This document shows positions 1 through 9,537 of a DNA stretch of 64,000 nt, piece after piece (the first letter of the stretch is position 1; the number at the start of each line of letters is the position of its first letter). The notes beneath the pieces were generated by a model. The model was given only the letters and a program-made list of their open reading frames with translations. It was not told the DNA's origin and ran no database searches. The stretch is from an uncultured virus (IMG/VR IMGVR_UViG_3300042356_001097) (taxonomy: Duplodnaviria > Heunggongvirae > Uroviricota > Caudoviricetes), in the IMG/VR virus record IMGVR_UViG_3300042356_001097; one strand, 5' to 3'. The position numbers were made by a program, and so were the translations under genes.

Positions 1-131
1 AGAGCTAACTTATTCCCGATCTTGTCGTGGTTATATTCTCCATCCCAAAATCCTTTTTCTCTTGCGGTTTCATGAAGAATGGCAGACAAAGCGTCTAGAC
101 CATACTCAGTCAGAATCTGATTCGACTGCAC
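1..131 (-). CDS. MazG-like nucleotide pyrophosphohydrolase, N-terminal part (runs off window)
   Basis: Not in the ORF track. Hand translation from GTG at 131 (GGGAG RBS upstream) gives MQSNQILTEYGLDALSAILHETAREKGFWDGEYNHDKIGNKLAL; KGFWD...KLAL is typical of phage MazG-like N-termini. Confidence 0.6.
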   Translation of the reverse strand, partial: MQSNQILTEYGLDALSAILHETAREKGFWDGEYNHDKIGNKLA

Positions 132-321
132 TTTTCTCCCTTAAACTGAAAGTAAATGACGGGCCTTCCTCGTCATAATCTATAACTAAATCCTTATTAC
201 TTACATTGACATCCAAGAATCTAAGGGTCGGAACCGTTAGCTTTCCATGTTCTTCAAGTAGTGCAACTAGAACTTGATTCATACTAATTGAAGTAATTAA
301 ACCATCAACATCTTCTGTCAT
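106..321 (-). CDS. hypothetical protein (71 aa)
   Basis: ATGA-coupled to the dnaE stop codon. Confidence 0.7.
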   Translation of the reverse strand: MTEDVDGLITSISMNQVLVALLEEHGKLTVPTLRFLDVNVSNKDLVIDYDEEGPSFTFSLREKSAVESDSD

Positions 322-3300
322 TTTATTTCCTTTACCATTAAGGTTCCATCGTCCAAAGTCGACAGAACAACATTACACTTCATGCCTTCTCGCATCTTAG
401 CAAGAGACATCTTATACATTGTGGGGAAAGCAATTACTCTAGTTAATTCTTTTTGTGCATTTGAAAGAATTATATGGCTCATTGTCTTGCCAGCCTTTGT
501 TACGTATGGAGTAAAGTCTACTACAATATACTCGTCTTCGTCAAGGTCATACTGCTTCTTATATAGATAGTCTACAAATGAGTTAGACCCTGTTGGATCA
601 ATCTCGCTAACCTTTACATAACGAGCAATTCTATTATCACCGACAAGAATGAAATACATCTGTCCTGTCTCTATCTGAGTCTGCTCTGTATGGAATAGAC
701 CAATAGATCCAGTTTCATCTACTAATTCGATACGTGCCCAGCCATTGCCACGCTTAATTGATTTAACCATACCAAACATAACAAATGATCCTAGATCTTC
801 AAACTCTTCAATCGGTCTTGCTTGTGACTTAATACGTGGTGGAATTCCCTCTAGGTTGAATGTAGGTATACCTAGATATTCGTAGTAACTATCTTTTTCG
901 TTTCCGCTTCTAGGATTATCTGGGAATGCCGCTCCGCCAATTGCATTTAAAGCAGATATAGCACGGCTATTGATTCCGCTACCTTTTTTAGAAGCTTTAT
1001 CAATAAACTCCGAGTAAGAAGCAAATGGTCTTTGATCAATAATTTTGTTTGCAATACTATCTGAAATAAATTTTACTTCTCCGAGACCAAATCTAATCGA
1101 GTCTTCCTTTAAAGAAAAGAATACATCAGACTCGTTGATATGTGGAAGCTTAATACTTAACTTTAATCTCTTAGCCTCAATCAGATACTCTGTTCTTTTG
1201 TCCTTGTCATTTTCGTTTTTAAGAATCGAAAACATGAACTCAAGTGGATAATAAAACTTAAGCCAAGCAGTATAATAACTAAGCATAGAGTAAGCAACAG
1301 CATGGGAGCGGTTAAAAGAATAACCAGCATGCGCTTCAAAAGTATGCCAGAGCGTTTCGGCTTGCTTCTTAGAAATGTGTTTTGAAGCCCCAGCAATAAA
1401 CCTATCTTTGAATTGGTCGAACTCTTTTGCATCTTTCTTCTTTCCAATAATCTTGCGGACCTTATCAGCCTCTGACCAAGTCATACCGCCCAAGTGTACG
1501 CATGCCTGCATAACCTGTTCTTGATATATAATAACACCGTATGTATTCTCGGTAAAGGGCTTCATAATTGGATGAATAAACTGGACTGCTTCATTACCGT
1601 GTTTACGCTTGATATAAGAAGCACCTACTGTATTCATAGCTCCTGGACGAACTAATGCATTTGATGCAGCAAGATCTTCAAACTTATCTACGCCCATCTT
1701 AATTAGCAAATTGGTATATGGGGTTGCTTCTGCTTGAAATACTCCCTTTGTATACCCTTCGCTTAGAACTTTATAAACATCGGGATCGTCAAGGGTTAAC
1801 TCTGAAAGATTAATATCTTTGCCTGAGCGCTTTTTAATCGAAGCAAGTGTATCTGAGATCACAGATAAAGTCTTAAGACCTAGTGCATCTAGCTTAATAA
1901 GACCTATATCTGCAACCGTATCCATATCGTATGCAACGACAGGAATTCTACCTGATACTAAATCACTTGCGTCCGCTCTTGATTCAACAGGAGCATATTT
2001 TCTTAAATCATCTTTTGCAACTACAACACCTGCAGCGTGTACTCCAACAGATCTAATTCTTCCACGAAGTCTATCTGCAAGCCACAAGACTTCAGGGTAT
2101 TTGGTTCTAAACTCCTTAGTATTTGGCGACTCAACAAAGTCTTCAAAGGTATCAATAGACTTCATTGCACGGTTAACATCTGAAAGTGGAACCATAAATA
2201 CACGAGCAGCATCTCTAATTACACCCTTATCTTTAAAGTAAGTGTATGTAGAAATAGATGCAACGTGCTTAAACTTCTTCTTTAAATAATCCTTAACCTC
2301 TTTACGACGGCGGTCTTCAAAGTCTGTATCAATATCTGGAAAGTCATTACGCTCTGGATTAATAAAACGGAAGAACAGTAAATCATACTCTATTGGGTCC
2401 ACATCAGTAATTCCTAATGTATAACAAACTAAAGATCCAGCTGCGGAACCACGGCCAGGACCAACCATAATATTATTTTCTTTAGCCCAGTTAATCATAT
2501 CTGCCACAACTAAAAAATATGATGCAAAGGACTTGTTTCTAATTACTTCTAATTCTTCCATTAATCTTTGCTCATACACATCATTTCCTAGCCAGCCGTC
2601 TGTTAAACGTAGCCTTTCTAGGCCCTGGAAGGCCATCTCAGCCAGTTTCTGGTCAGCATCGGTCTTAGGTACAGGGAGTAGGTCTAGACCCCTGTTAAAA
2701 TCGTATTCTTCAATTTTGTCTGTAATCTCAATTGTATTCTCATATATATCTGTACGAGTAATTCCAGACGTATTAAAATCAGCCTCAATTTCATCCCTTG
2801 ATTGAATGAATAAATTGTAGTCCTGAAATGATATTCTACGATCTGGATACAGGTAATTTAATCTTTCATTAATATCTTTAATCTGTCTAGACATTTCAAA
2901 GTCAGCATCTTTATCCATCTTAGGAGATGTTGATAATATGAGCATTGCTTCTTCTAATACTCTATCTTCTTCTTTAGCAAAGTGGGCATCACCTGTTGCC
3001 ACCGCCTTAATATTGAGCTTGTCTGCTAATTCTAAAAGGGCGGAGTTGATCTCCACAGGGTTATGTGATTGCACTTCCACGTAAAAATCTTGTCCGAAAG
3101 TTTGTTTAAAGCCTTTGAGAAGAAGTTCTGCTTCCTCCATGTTGCCTTTATCGATAGCCTTACTAATGAGTCCATTAAGACATCCGCTGAGAACGATAAT
3201 ACCTTCGCTATAATCATTTAGAACCTCTCTGTCAATTCTTGGCTTATGGTAAAAGCCTTCGTTCCAAGCAAGCTCTTGGAGAGTATTAATATTCTCTAAT

Positions 3301-3599
3301 CCCTTTTTATTCTTTGCCAATAGGATGATGTGGTTATATGCTTGAATAGATTTATCTGTCTTTGAAGACTTATCAAATCTGTCTGTTGGAGATATGTATG
3401 CTTCTACTCCAAGGATTGGTTTTATGCCTTCTTCTTTACACGCAATTTGCATTTCACGGTGTGATGATAATGTTCCATGATCTGTAATTGCTATTGCTGT
3501 TTGTCCCGCCGCTTTTGCTGCTTGAACAAGTTCGAGGGGAGAGTTAAGTCCATCCATTAAAGAATAGTAGGAATGCACATGTAGATGTGTAAATTTCAT
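318..3599 (-). CDS. dnaE: DNA polymerase III alpha subunit (family C) with PHP domain
   Basis: HLHVHS..SLMDG, ITDHG, GPGRGSAAGS, PDIDTDF, GLIKLDALGL, YSFNRSHA and a C-terminal OB fold; no intein visible. Confidence 0.97.
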   Translation of the reverse strand: MKFTHLHVHSYYSLMDGLNSPLELVQAAKAAGQTAIAITDHGTLSSHREMQIACKEEGIKPILGVEAYISPTDRFDKSSKTDKSIQAYNHIILLAKNKKGLENINTLQELAWNEGFYHKPRIDREVLNDYSEGIIVLSGCLNGLISKAIDKGNMEEAELLLKGFKQTFGQDFYVEVQSHNPVEINSALLELADKLNIKAVATGDAHFAKEEDRVLEEAMLILSTSPKMDKDADFEMSRQIKDINERLNYLYPDRRISFQDYNLFIQSRDEIEADFNTSGITRTDIYENTIEITDKIEEYDFNRGLDLLPVPKTDADQKLAEMAFQGLERLRLTDGWLGNDVYEQRLMEELEVIRNKSFASYFLVVADMINWAKENNIMVGPGRGSAAGSLVCYTLGITDVDPIEYDLLFFRFINPERNDFPDIDTDFEDRRRKEVKDYLKKKFKHVASISTYTYFKDKGVIRDAARVFMVPLSDVNRAMKSIDTFEDFVESPNTKEFRTKYPEVLWLADRLRGRIRSVGVHAAGVVVAKDDLRKYAPVESRADASDLVSGRIPVVAYDMDTVADIGLIKLDALGLKTLSVISDTLASIKKRSGKDINLSELTLDDPDVYKVLSEGYTKGVFQAEATPYTNLLIKMGVDKFEDLAASNALVRPGAMNTVGASYIKRKHGNEAVQFIHPIMKPFTENTYGVIIYQEQVMQACVHLGGMTWSEADKVRKIIGKKKDAKEFDQFKDRFIAGASKHISKKQAETLWHTFEAHAGYSFNRSHAVAYSMLSYYTAWLKFYYPLEFMFSILKNENDKDKRTEYLIEAKRLKLSIKLPHINESDVFFSLKEDSIRFGLGEVKFISDSIANKIIDQRPFASYSEFIDKASKKGSGINSRAISALNAIGGAAFPDNPRSGNEKDSYYEYLGIPTFNLEGIPPRIKSQARPIEEFEDLGSFVMFGMVKSIKRGNGWARIELVDETGSIGLFHTEQTQIETGQMYFILVGDNRIARYVKVSEIDPTGSNSFVDYLYKKQYDLDEDEYIVVDFTPYVTKAGKTMSHIILSNAQKELTRVIAFPTMYKMSLAKMREGMKCNVVLSTLDDGTLMVKEIK

Positions 3600-3622
3600 T
3601 TAACTCTCCGCCTCTTAACCTA

Positions 3623-4291
3623 TTACCAGTCTACGCTACTTGAAGAAGTAGACTCTTCGCCATTACTATTTTCACCAGCAAAAAATGCTTCTTGCTCGGT
3701 GTATGGCATGTCACGCACTGCTGTATCCTCAAGCTGATAAAGCTCAAGTGATGAACCATCAAATGGTGTTTCATCTTTTGCAAGTGGGATAATTGTGTAA
3801 CTTGTATCTGTCTTTGTACCAGTACGCTTGATGCGCCACATTAGGTTAGTAATGCTTCCCATCTCTCCAGCATACTCGATGAGTGTTGGTGTGATTGTCT
3901 TTCCGCTTGAACCCTGAGACAAGATTCCCACATAAGGATCTTCTTTGCCATCATCAATAAGAACATTTATGTAAAGTCGTGAACGACCCTTCCATCCTGC
4001 CTTGTAATCTTTGCGGTGTTGTTCGCAACCGTAACACTTGCCTTGGTCTTCCATTGTGCATAGAGCCTTACGGCGGTAGTCTTTTGGATTTGTGTGTTCT
4101 ACTGCAATAAATCCAAGACCGAGTTTTTCATTGTAGGTAGGTGAGTCTGGATCAAGTTCTTGAAGAAAGCGAACTTTAACACTTTCTGCATCCTCTAACT
4201 TAACCCAACGAGCCTTTGTACCGTCTCCACCTGAAGACTGTGGCTTGTCCATTACTTTATTAAGGTCTTTCAACCCTCTTACTATTCCCAT
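3623..4291 (-). CDS. single-stranded DNA-binding protein (gp32-like)
   Basis: VKVRFL, Zn-like C-x8-CxxCxxH, RTGTKTDTSYTI, acidic/Ser tail ending VDW; lies between primase and polymerase. Confidence 0.7.
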   Translation of the reverse strand: MGIVRGLKDLNKVMDKPQSSGGDGTKARWVKLEDAESVKVRFLQELDPDSPTYNEKLGLGFIAVEHTNPKDYRRKALCTMEDQGKCYGCEQHRKDYKAGWKGRSRLYINVLIDDGKEDPYVGILSQGSSGKTITPTLIEYAGEMGSITNLMWRIKRTGTKTDTSYTIIPLAKDETPFDGSSLELYQLEDTAVRDMPYTEQEAFFAGENSNGEESTSSSSVDW

Positions 4292-4343
4292 GTTTCCTCA
4301 TTTCATATAGTTGATGGTGTATATCCATCTTTAGTTTGTTTTT

Positions 4344-5342
4344 TTATGGGGTCCAAGATCTGTATTCTATATCTGACACTGCATTTTTAATACAGCTTTT
4401 AATTTCTTCGTCAGTCATATCACCAGCATCTTTTGCATCATGTGGGTATATCTTACCATATTCGTAAGAAGCCCACAAGAGGTCTTTATTCTTTAATCTA
4501 TTGGCTATGCTCAAGCCTAGCTCTCTGCCAGCCAAATCTGCGTCTGTCATTACAGTTATCTTATTAAAATATCTATTTAAAATCTTGTGCTGCTCTGTAG
4601 ATAGTACTCCGCCAAGCACTGCTACCACATTTGGGAACCCAGCCTGATGTATTCTAATTGCATCGAAGTTTGACTCAACTACAATAACATGCTCACCAAT
4701 CTTCTTAGCACGGTGTACATTAAATAAAGTTTTGCTTTTAGGCAAGTTAGTACTATTCTTAAACGACTTGCCTTCAATTGATCTTCCTACTAATCCAATG
4801 GGTCTCCCGTCTGGGCTATGAACTGGCGAAATAACCATATTCATTGAAGTAGAATACCCTAATCCAAAATGGTTCATAGACTCTTCATTAATGCTTCTTG
4901 ATTTAAGATAGTCTTTTGCGCTTTGACTTACTAAAAGATCTGCATGAAGTCTATCTAAAGTCTCCTGAGAAAACTCTTCGAAGTCTGGCTTTTCCTCAAA
5001 CATGTCTGCCATGATCTCATCAAAATTATTAAGGGCGGCCTTCTCTTGTGTTGCAATAAATCTAATTGCTTCAAAGTCATTCTTGTGTAGCACACGTCTA
5101 ACTAACTCAGTTAATGTTCCAGACTCTCCACACGATGGGTTAAAACATAACCATACGCCTGATGACTTATTTATGCAGCAACTTGCAGTATGTCTATTAG
5201 AGTGAAATGGGCAGTAAAACATAACCTCATTACCTGGTTCCGCAACTATATCTAAGCCTAGAGCTTTTATTACTGACTTGATATGGTTGGGCGCATATTG
5301 CGTGGAATCAATTTTCCTTGCGTTATACCCTCTGATAGCCAT
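4344..5342 (-). CDS. dnaG: DNA primase (CHC2 zinc finger + TOPRIM)
   Basis: CPFH...CFNPSC, GLVGR, VVESNFDA, DAD..G, KDAGDM; likely start MAIRG at 5342 (track starts at 5393). Confidence 0.92.
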   Translation of the reverse strand: MAIRGYNARKIDSTQYAPNHIKSVIKALGLDIVAEPGNEVMFYCPFHSNRHTASCCINKSSGVWLCFNPSCGESGTLTELVRRVLHKNDFEAIRFIATQEKAALNNFDEIMADMFEEKPDFEEFSQETLDRLHADLLVSQSAKDYLKSRSINEESMNHFGLGYSTSMNMVISPVHSPDGRPIGLVGRSIEGKSFKNSTNLPKSKTLFNVHRAKKIGEHVIVVESNFDAIRIHQAGFPNVVAVLGGVLSTEQHKILNRYFNKITVMTDADLAGRELGLSIANRLKNKDLLWASYEYGKIYPHDAKDAGDMTDEEIKSCIKNAVSDIEYRSWTP

Positions 5343-5569
5343 GCCTTCTTCTTTCCTACGTATACTCCGTATAGTGTCATTAAGAACACCCACGTTTGTC
5401 CGTCAAATTCTATCGAGAAACTAGTGTCTATGTCAAGTACCCTAAGATAACCTTTGCTTCTCATATCGTGAGTAAGCATGCTTTCGTACTGGTATTTTAA
5501 TCTAGGTATACCAGAGTCGTCAGCAAACTCAACCCTTACTTGAAATCTTTTTATCTGTTTGTGGTTCAT
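5270..5569 (-). CDS. hypothetical protein between helicase and primase
   Basis: Likely start MNHKQIK at 5569; overlaps both neighbours. Confidence 0.6.
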   Translation of the reverse strand: MNHKQIKRFQVRVEFADDSGIPRLKYQYESMLTHDMRSKGYLRVLDIDTSFSIEFDGQTWVFLMTLYGVYVGKKKAWLSEGITQGKLIPRNMRPTISSQ

Positions 5570-6797
5570 CTTTTTGGAATGGATTCTCGTAGATTTCCTT
5601 GACGATACCACGGTTGATATCCCAGTCTAGATAGAAATTAAAATCATGACCGTGTCTATTCTTGCGAGAGACGATCTCAATCATATTAGTTTGTGGGTAT
5701 CTGTGAACGGCTAAAGCCATATCAGCATCATACTCAATTGCCTTTGACCAAGCCACTTGGCTCATCATTGGCGGATTATCTTGATCAGAGATATCGTCTG
5801 CTGTTGCAGCGGTGATATCAATAATAGGAATATTGTTAGATACCGCAAGCATTTTAAACTCACGAGAAACATTTCTATTTCTTTCTACTTCAGAGTTAGA
5901 ACGCTTGTTGTCATTAAATAGCTGGTGGTAATCTAGGATAACTAAATCTGGCTTATGCTGATCTATCTTACCTTGAATGGTTGCAGGAGTAACTTCTGAT
6001 GCACCCTCATTTGAAATAAGAACAAAACTATTCTTTCCCTCAAACTTTTTGTTTCCCCAGTTACGGAAATCATCAATGTTAATATCACCCTTTGACAAAT
6101 CACTTGCACGGAATATGCCTGAGCCAAGCATTGTGAAGATACGGTCACGCATATTCTCTGGAGACATTTCAAGAGATACAATCATTGGCTTAAAGCCTTG
6201 CTCCCATGCCTTGCAAGCAAGATAGGCAGTAAACCAAGTCTTACCCTTTCCTGGCCAACCAATTGCTACAATCAAATGTCCTGGAGCCATACCTGTTGGA
6301 TATGCTTTATCAATCGCTTCAAACCCTGTAAGGATTCCTGGCGCTCCGCCCATTACAGATGAACGCTCTTTAACTGCTTGGTAATGTCGTGCAGCGTTTT
6401 CAACATCAACAATATCTAAGTCTCTTACGTTGTTTGTGTATCGGCTTAGTCCAGCAAGGTCGCTCTGCATTTGTGCAAGAACTCTTGATGCTGCATCTTC
6501 TTTTAAGGCCGAGCCTCCACGCAAAATAATTGTCTTAAGCTTGTTAGATATAAACTCATTCTTTAGTATGTCTAGGTAGTAGCCAGTTTCTGCCTTTGCT
6601 TCTACTGGCTCAAAGTCTTTGTGTCGTTCCATAAGAACTCCTGCTTCAGGAACTGCTTTAAACTTATAGTAGTATGACTTTAGGCTTTCCCAGATATCTC
6701 TATGTGATGTAAACAGATCATCTACGTTGTCTGCCAGTAGTGTGCTAATATCTTTGTTCTTACATACAGCAGAGATTAATGTTGCTTCTGTATTCAC
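5529..6797 (-). CDS. dnaB: replicative DnaB-like helicase
   Basis: Walker A GWPGKGKT, SLEM, Walker B VILDY, IEYDAD, KNRHG. Confidence 0.95.
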   Translation of the reverse strand: MNTEATLISAVCKNKDISTLLADNVDDLFTSHRDIWESLKSYYYKFKAVPEAGVLMERHKDFEPVEAKAETGYYLDILKNEFISNKLKTIILRGGSALKEDAASRVLAQMQSDLAGLSRYTNNVRDLDIVDVENAARHYQAVKERSSVMGGAPGILTGFEAIDKAYPTGMAPGHLIVAIGWPGKGKTWFTAYLACKAWEQGFKPMIVSLEMSPENMRDRIFTMLGSGIFRASDLSKGDINIDDFRNWGNKKFEGKNSFVLISNEGASEVTPATIQGKIDQHKPDLVILDYHQLFNDNKRSNSEVERNRNVSREFKMLAVSNNIPIIDITAATADDISDQDNPPMMSQVAWSKAIEYDADMALAVHRYPQTNMIEIVSRKNRHGHDFNFYLDWDINRGIVKEIYENPFQKDEPQTDKKISSKG

Positions 6798-7111
6798 TCT
6801 TCGCCCTCCACCATCTTCTTAGTCTCATTCAGTAGAATGCTACGGTTAAACTTGTCCTTCTTAATTTCTTTATTCAATGCATCAATTCTGTCAAAGTTGT
6901 TATAGAAGAAATTTAATGGGTGCCCTGTCTTGTTGGTTGAGAAATAGTATATTAAAAGTTCCTGAGCACGTTGGAATCCAACGCTCTCGATAACATCATT
7001 CATGGCCCACTTTTCCCTAAACTTATTTACAGTAAGAGACTTGTTATATTTCTCTTTGTAAAGTGACAGGTATAGTCCAATCAGGACGTATGGCTCTTTC
7101 TCATTTGCCAC
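6794..7111 (-). CDS. hypothetical protein (possible replication accessory)
   Basis: 105 aa; ATGA-coupled to dnaB. Confidence 0.6.
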   Translation of the reverse strand: MANEKEPYVLIGLYLSLYKEKYNKSLTVNKFREKWAMNDVIESVGFQRAQELLIYYFSTNKTGHPLNFFYNNFDRIDALNKEIKKDKFNRSILLNETKKMVEGEE

Positions 7112-7304
7112 TCTTTAACTCTTCTTCTACTTCACGAGTCTTTTGAATAAGCTTGTTTTCAACAAACTTATAAACTCTTTCTGTTGCCGCATCAACACTT
7201 TCTCCAGATCGGAGATCATCCTCAACGCCAACACCTATCTTGATGCTTTCGTAATTTCCTAAATTGCGTGTGAACGAAAGGTCCACCTTAACTCTAGTTG
7301 TCAC
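7101..7304 (-). CDS. small phage protein (TRNLGNYES motif)
   Basis: 67 aa; GTG start with AAGGAG RBS. Confidence 0.7.
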   Translation of the reverse strand: MTTRVKVDLSFTRNLGNYESIKIGVGVEDDLRSGESVDAATERVYKFVENKLIQKTREVEEELKSGK

Positions 7305-7405
7305 TTGTGCTCCTTCATATGCCTAGATAAACTATCATGGGCGAATATGCCCCATCGCAATTCCCATTCTTTTCCACAAGTAGGACAAGTAACGCTTCTG
7401 TTCAT
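7301..7405 (-). CDS. 34-aa C2H2-type zinc-finger microprotein
   Basis: Not in the track. MNRSVTCPTCGKEWELRWGIFAHDSLSRHMKEHK fills the gap exactly, with TAATG and GTGA overlaps. Confidence 0.75.
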   Translation of the reverse strand: MNRSVTCPTCGKEWELRWGIFAHDSLSRHMKEHK

Positions 7406-7887
7406 TACTCCGCCTTCCATACTGGTACGAATCCCGAGTCAGTCTTAGTATACAATATAATGTTGTGTTTGAAAAGACCCAGCAGCTCTGCCTTTGAAGG
7501 CAAATTTTTAGAGTGCCCTGAGTCTAATATAAACTCATGTAGGCCCAGTATATCTTTCTGGCTAAACATATACTTAGACCAGTGTTTGTTTTCTGGATCT
7601 CCGATTGGATATATCTTTGAGGGAGCCTTAATCTTTCCCTCTAAAATATAATCGTGAAGAGTTACTGTGTGCTTATTTAAAAGCCCAGAGACATCCTTCA
7701 TGCTGTAAGCATTTTCCATATGCTTTTCAACTTGAGAGTAAGAGTACATAACTCTTTTATGATCAGGGTAGCACCAAGCAACTAATTCATCTTTAGATCT
7801 AGATGACCTCAAAACCTTATGGACTTTATCGTTTAAGAAGAAATACCGTAGTTTTTTGAGTTTGCTGTTTCTCTTTTTTCTAGCCAT
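7405..7887 (-). CDS. putative HTH DNA-binding protein
   Basis: YSMKDVSGLLNKHTVTLHDYILEGKIKAP resembles a MerR/excisionase-type HTH. Confidence 0.6.
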   Translation of the reverse strand: MARKKRNSKLKKLRYFFLNDKVHKVLRSSRSKDELVAWCYPDHKRVMYSYSQVEKHMENAYSMKDVSGLLNKHTVTLHDYILEGKIKAPSKIYPIGDPENKHWSKYMFSQKDILGLHEFILDSGHSKNLPSKAELLGLFKHNIILYTKTDSGFVPVWKAE

Positions 7888-8018
7888 TTCCCGAAAGCAC
7901 TCGTCTCTTTATTAATCATATTTCTTTTCCCGCATAGAATGCAGAACAACTCTACGTGTAGCTTTTGTGAGAATACTCTGTCTACAAAAACTCTACCACC
8001 ACATTTTCCGCACCACAT
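7833..8018 (-). CDS. small zinc-ribbon protein
   Basis: CGKCGG...CILCG. Confidence 0.7.
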   Translation of the reverse strand: MWCGKCGGRVFVDRVFSQKLHVELFCILCGKRNMINKETSAFGKWLEKRETANSKNYGISS

Positions 8019-8818
8019 TATAGTGTAAACAACTTCCCGTCAACAACGCATGAATAATCAGGCGCTACGTGGATCATCTGTATATGTGGATAATCATTGA
8101 CAATATGAGCGATAGCAAATCCCTTTTGCCAGTCGTGGTGTTGCATGTACTTCATTCCTGGACCCTTTTCGTCACACATATGCCCAAGCTCGTAGCCTCG
8201 AAGTGTTTCTCCTTCTCCGCCGTTTCTTAGTTCATAAGTTACTAGGTGGGATGCAATTCTGTGAGAGTGACCTCTAATTAAAGATACCTGTAGGTCTTCC
8301 ATGTCTTTGCGGACGGAACCAGTTGCTGCAATTGATAGTCCGTGGTGTACATGGATATCTCCAAAGCGGCGCTTAGGTAGTTCGTTATAGTGAATATATT
8401 CATAACCTAAAGAGTCTAATCCCCAAAGAGCTTCTGGAGTAACCTCATTAATATAGTCAGGAAGCTTTGCATCTACATAGTTAAAAATTCTAACATCGTG
8501 GTTTCCTAGTGCTGAGAACAGTTGCGCTTCTGGCAACATCTCTCTTGTCTTAGTATAAAAATCTCTTGCACCTTTTGCTTCATGGCGCATCATTGGAACA
8601 ATAAGGTCTCGACTATCAGTCTTATGAAGGTTTAAGAACTCTGCTGAGCGTCCTTCTGTATACTTGCTGTAGCAGGCTTGATCATCTGTATCACCAAGGT
8701 AGTCAACAACGTCGGGCTTAAACCACTTCATTACCTTAAACCAAAGGGCAATCATCTTGTCATCTTGATATGGGAATTGCTGGTCGGATGAAATCATCCA
8801 CTTTAAATCGTTACTCAT
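8018..8818 (-). CDS. calcineurin-like metallophosphoesterase
   Basis: SDQQ, LGD, GNHD, HHG and GHSH motifs. Confidence 0.85.
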   Translation of the reverse strand: MSNDLKWMISSDQQFPYQDDKMIALWFKVMKWFKPDVVDYLGDTDDQACYSKYTEGRSAEFLNLHKTDSRDLIVPMMRHEAKGARDFYTKTREMLPEAQLFSALGNHDVRIFNYVDAKLPDYINEVTPEALWGLDSLGYEYIHYNELPKRRFGDIHVHHGLSIAATGSVRKDMEDLQVSLIRGHSHRIASHLVTYELRNGGEGETLRGYELGHMCDEKGPGMKYMQHHDWQKGFAIAHIVNDYPHIQMIHVAPDYSCVVDGKLFTL

Positions 8819-8835
8819 TGTCTACCTTAATATGT

Positions 8836-8860
8836 AAAAAAGTCACGGGTACGTGACTTT
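8836..8860 (-). terminator. Rho-independent terminator-like hairpin
   Basis: Minus strand AAAGTCACG-TACC-CGTGACTTT followed by further T residues, at the structural/replication boundary. Confidence 0.65.
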
Positions 8861-8872
8861 GGTGTTACAGTA

Positions 8873-8900
8873 ATTGTAACATATTGGTTTAGCTTGTCAA
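8873..8900 (-). promoter_or_regulatory. sigma70-type promoter for the replication module
   Basis: TTGACA-16 nt-TACAAT with TGn extension. Confidence 0.65.
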
Positions 8901-8906
8901 TAGGGG

Positions 8907-9347
8907 TTATGCTTCTACAGCAAAACAATCAAACTCTATAGTTGCCTTTTCTTGAGCCGTGCCACCTGGGCCTCTAACTCTAAAGGTCATACTCTTTGCA
9001 GTAACGCTGACAACAATTGCTGTAAAGTTAAGTTGTTGGTGGGTTAATTTAGCACTGCTTCTTGGCTGAACCCAGCACCTAGGAGCGGTTTTAAATGTAT
9101 CCTTATCAAAAGTCCAAGTGCCTCCCGAAGTTGCTGTTTTTGGGTCGATATTAACTTTAATGGTTGAGTGATACACCTTTGATGAAACTTTTGTTCCTCC
9201 CTGACCCTCTCCTGCGCTGGCTAAGCTTAAAGAAAATGTAGACGTTGTCTGCTTATTTAATAGGTTTAAATCAGACACAAGTTTATTAATAATGTCTGAT
9301 GTTACTGGATCTCCAGCATTAACTGGTTGCGACTCTAATATTGCCAT
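8907..9347 (-). CDS. putative minor tail protein
   Basis: N-terminal GDPVTS..IN; beta-rich, gp53/H-lectin-like C-terminus; last gene of the tail operon. Confidence 0.5.
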   Translation of the reverse strand: MAILESQPVNAGDPVTSDIINKLVSDLNLLNKQTTSTFSLSLASAGEGQGGTKVSSKVYHSTIKVNIDPKTATSGGTWTFDKDTFKTAPRCWVQPRSSAKLTHQQLNFTAIVVSVTAKSMTFRVRGPGGTAQEKATIEFDCFAVEA

Positions 9348-9350
9348 GTT

Positions 9351-9509
9351 TTACCCCTTTGGTTGTTCCGCTGGAACTTCCTGTGATTTATTTGCTTCAG
9401 TAAGCTGTGTTATTTCAGCACGAAGTACAGCAATATGTGTCTCGTATTGTGAGACAATCTCGCCTATACGTTGCTGTAATGCTTGTACTACTAGGTCTAT
9501 TTTTTCCAT
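9351..9509 (-). CDS. 52-aa coiled-coil protein
   Basis: Not in the track. MEKIDLVVQALQQRIGEIVSQYETHIAVLRAEITQLTEANK...; AAGGAG RBS and a TGATATACT box at 9532-9540. Confidence 0.75.
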   Translation of the reverse strand: MEKIDLVVQALQQRIGEIVSQYETHIAVLRAEITQLTEANKSQEVPAEQPKG

Positions 9510-9537
9510 TATATCTCCTTGATAGATTTACAGTATA

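Noticed and set aside
318..6797. Inteins or introns in dnaE, dnaB or primase
   Set aside because: Lengths are normal, motifs are contiguous, and no splice-junction or homing-endonuclease signatures are visible.
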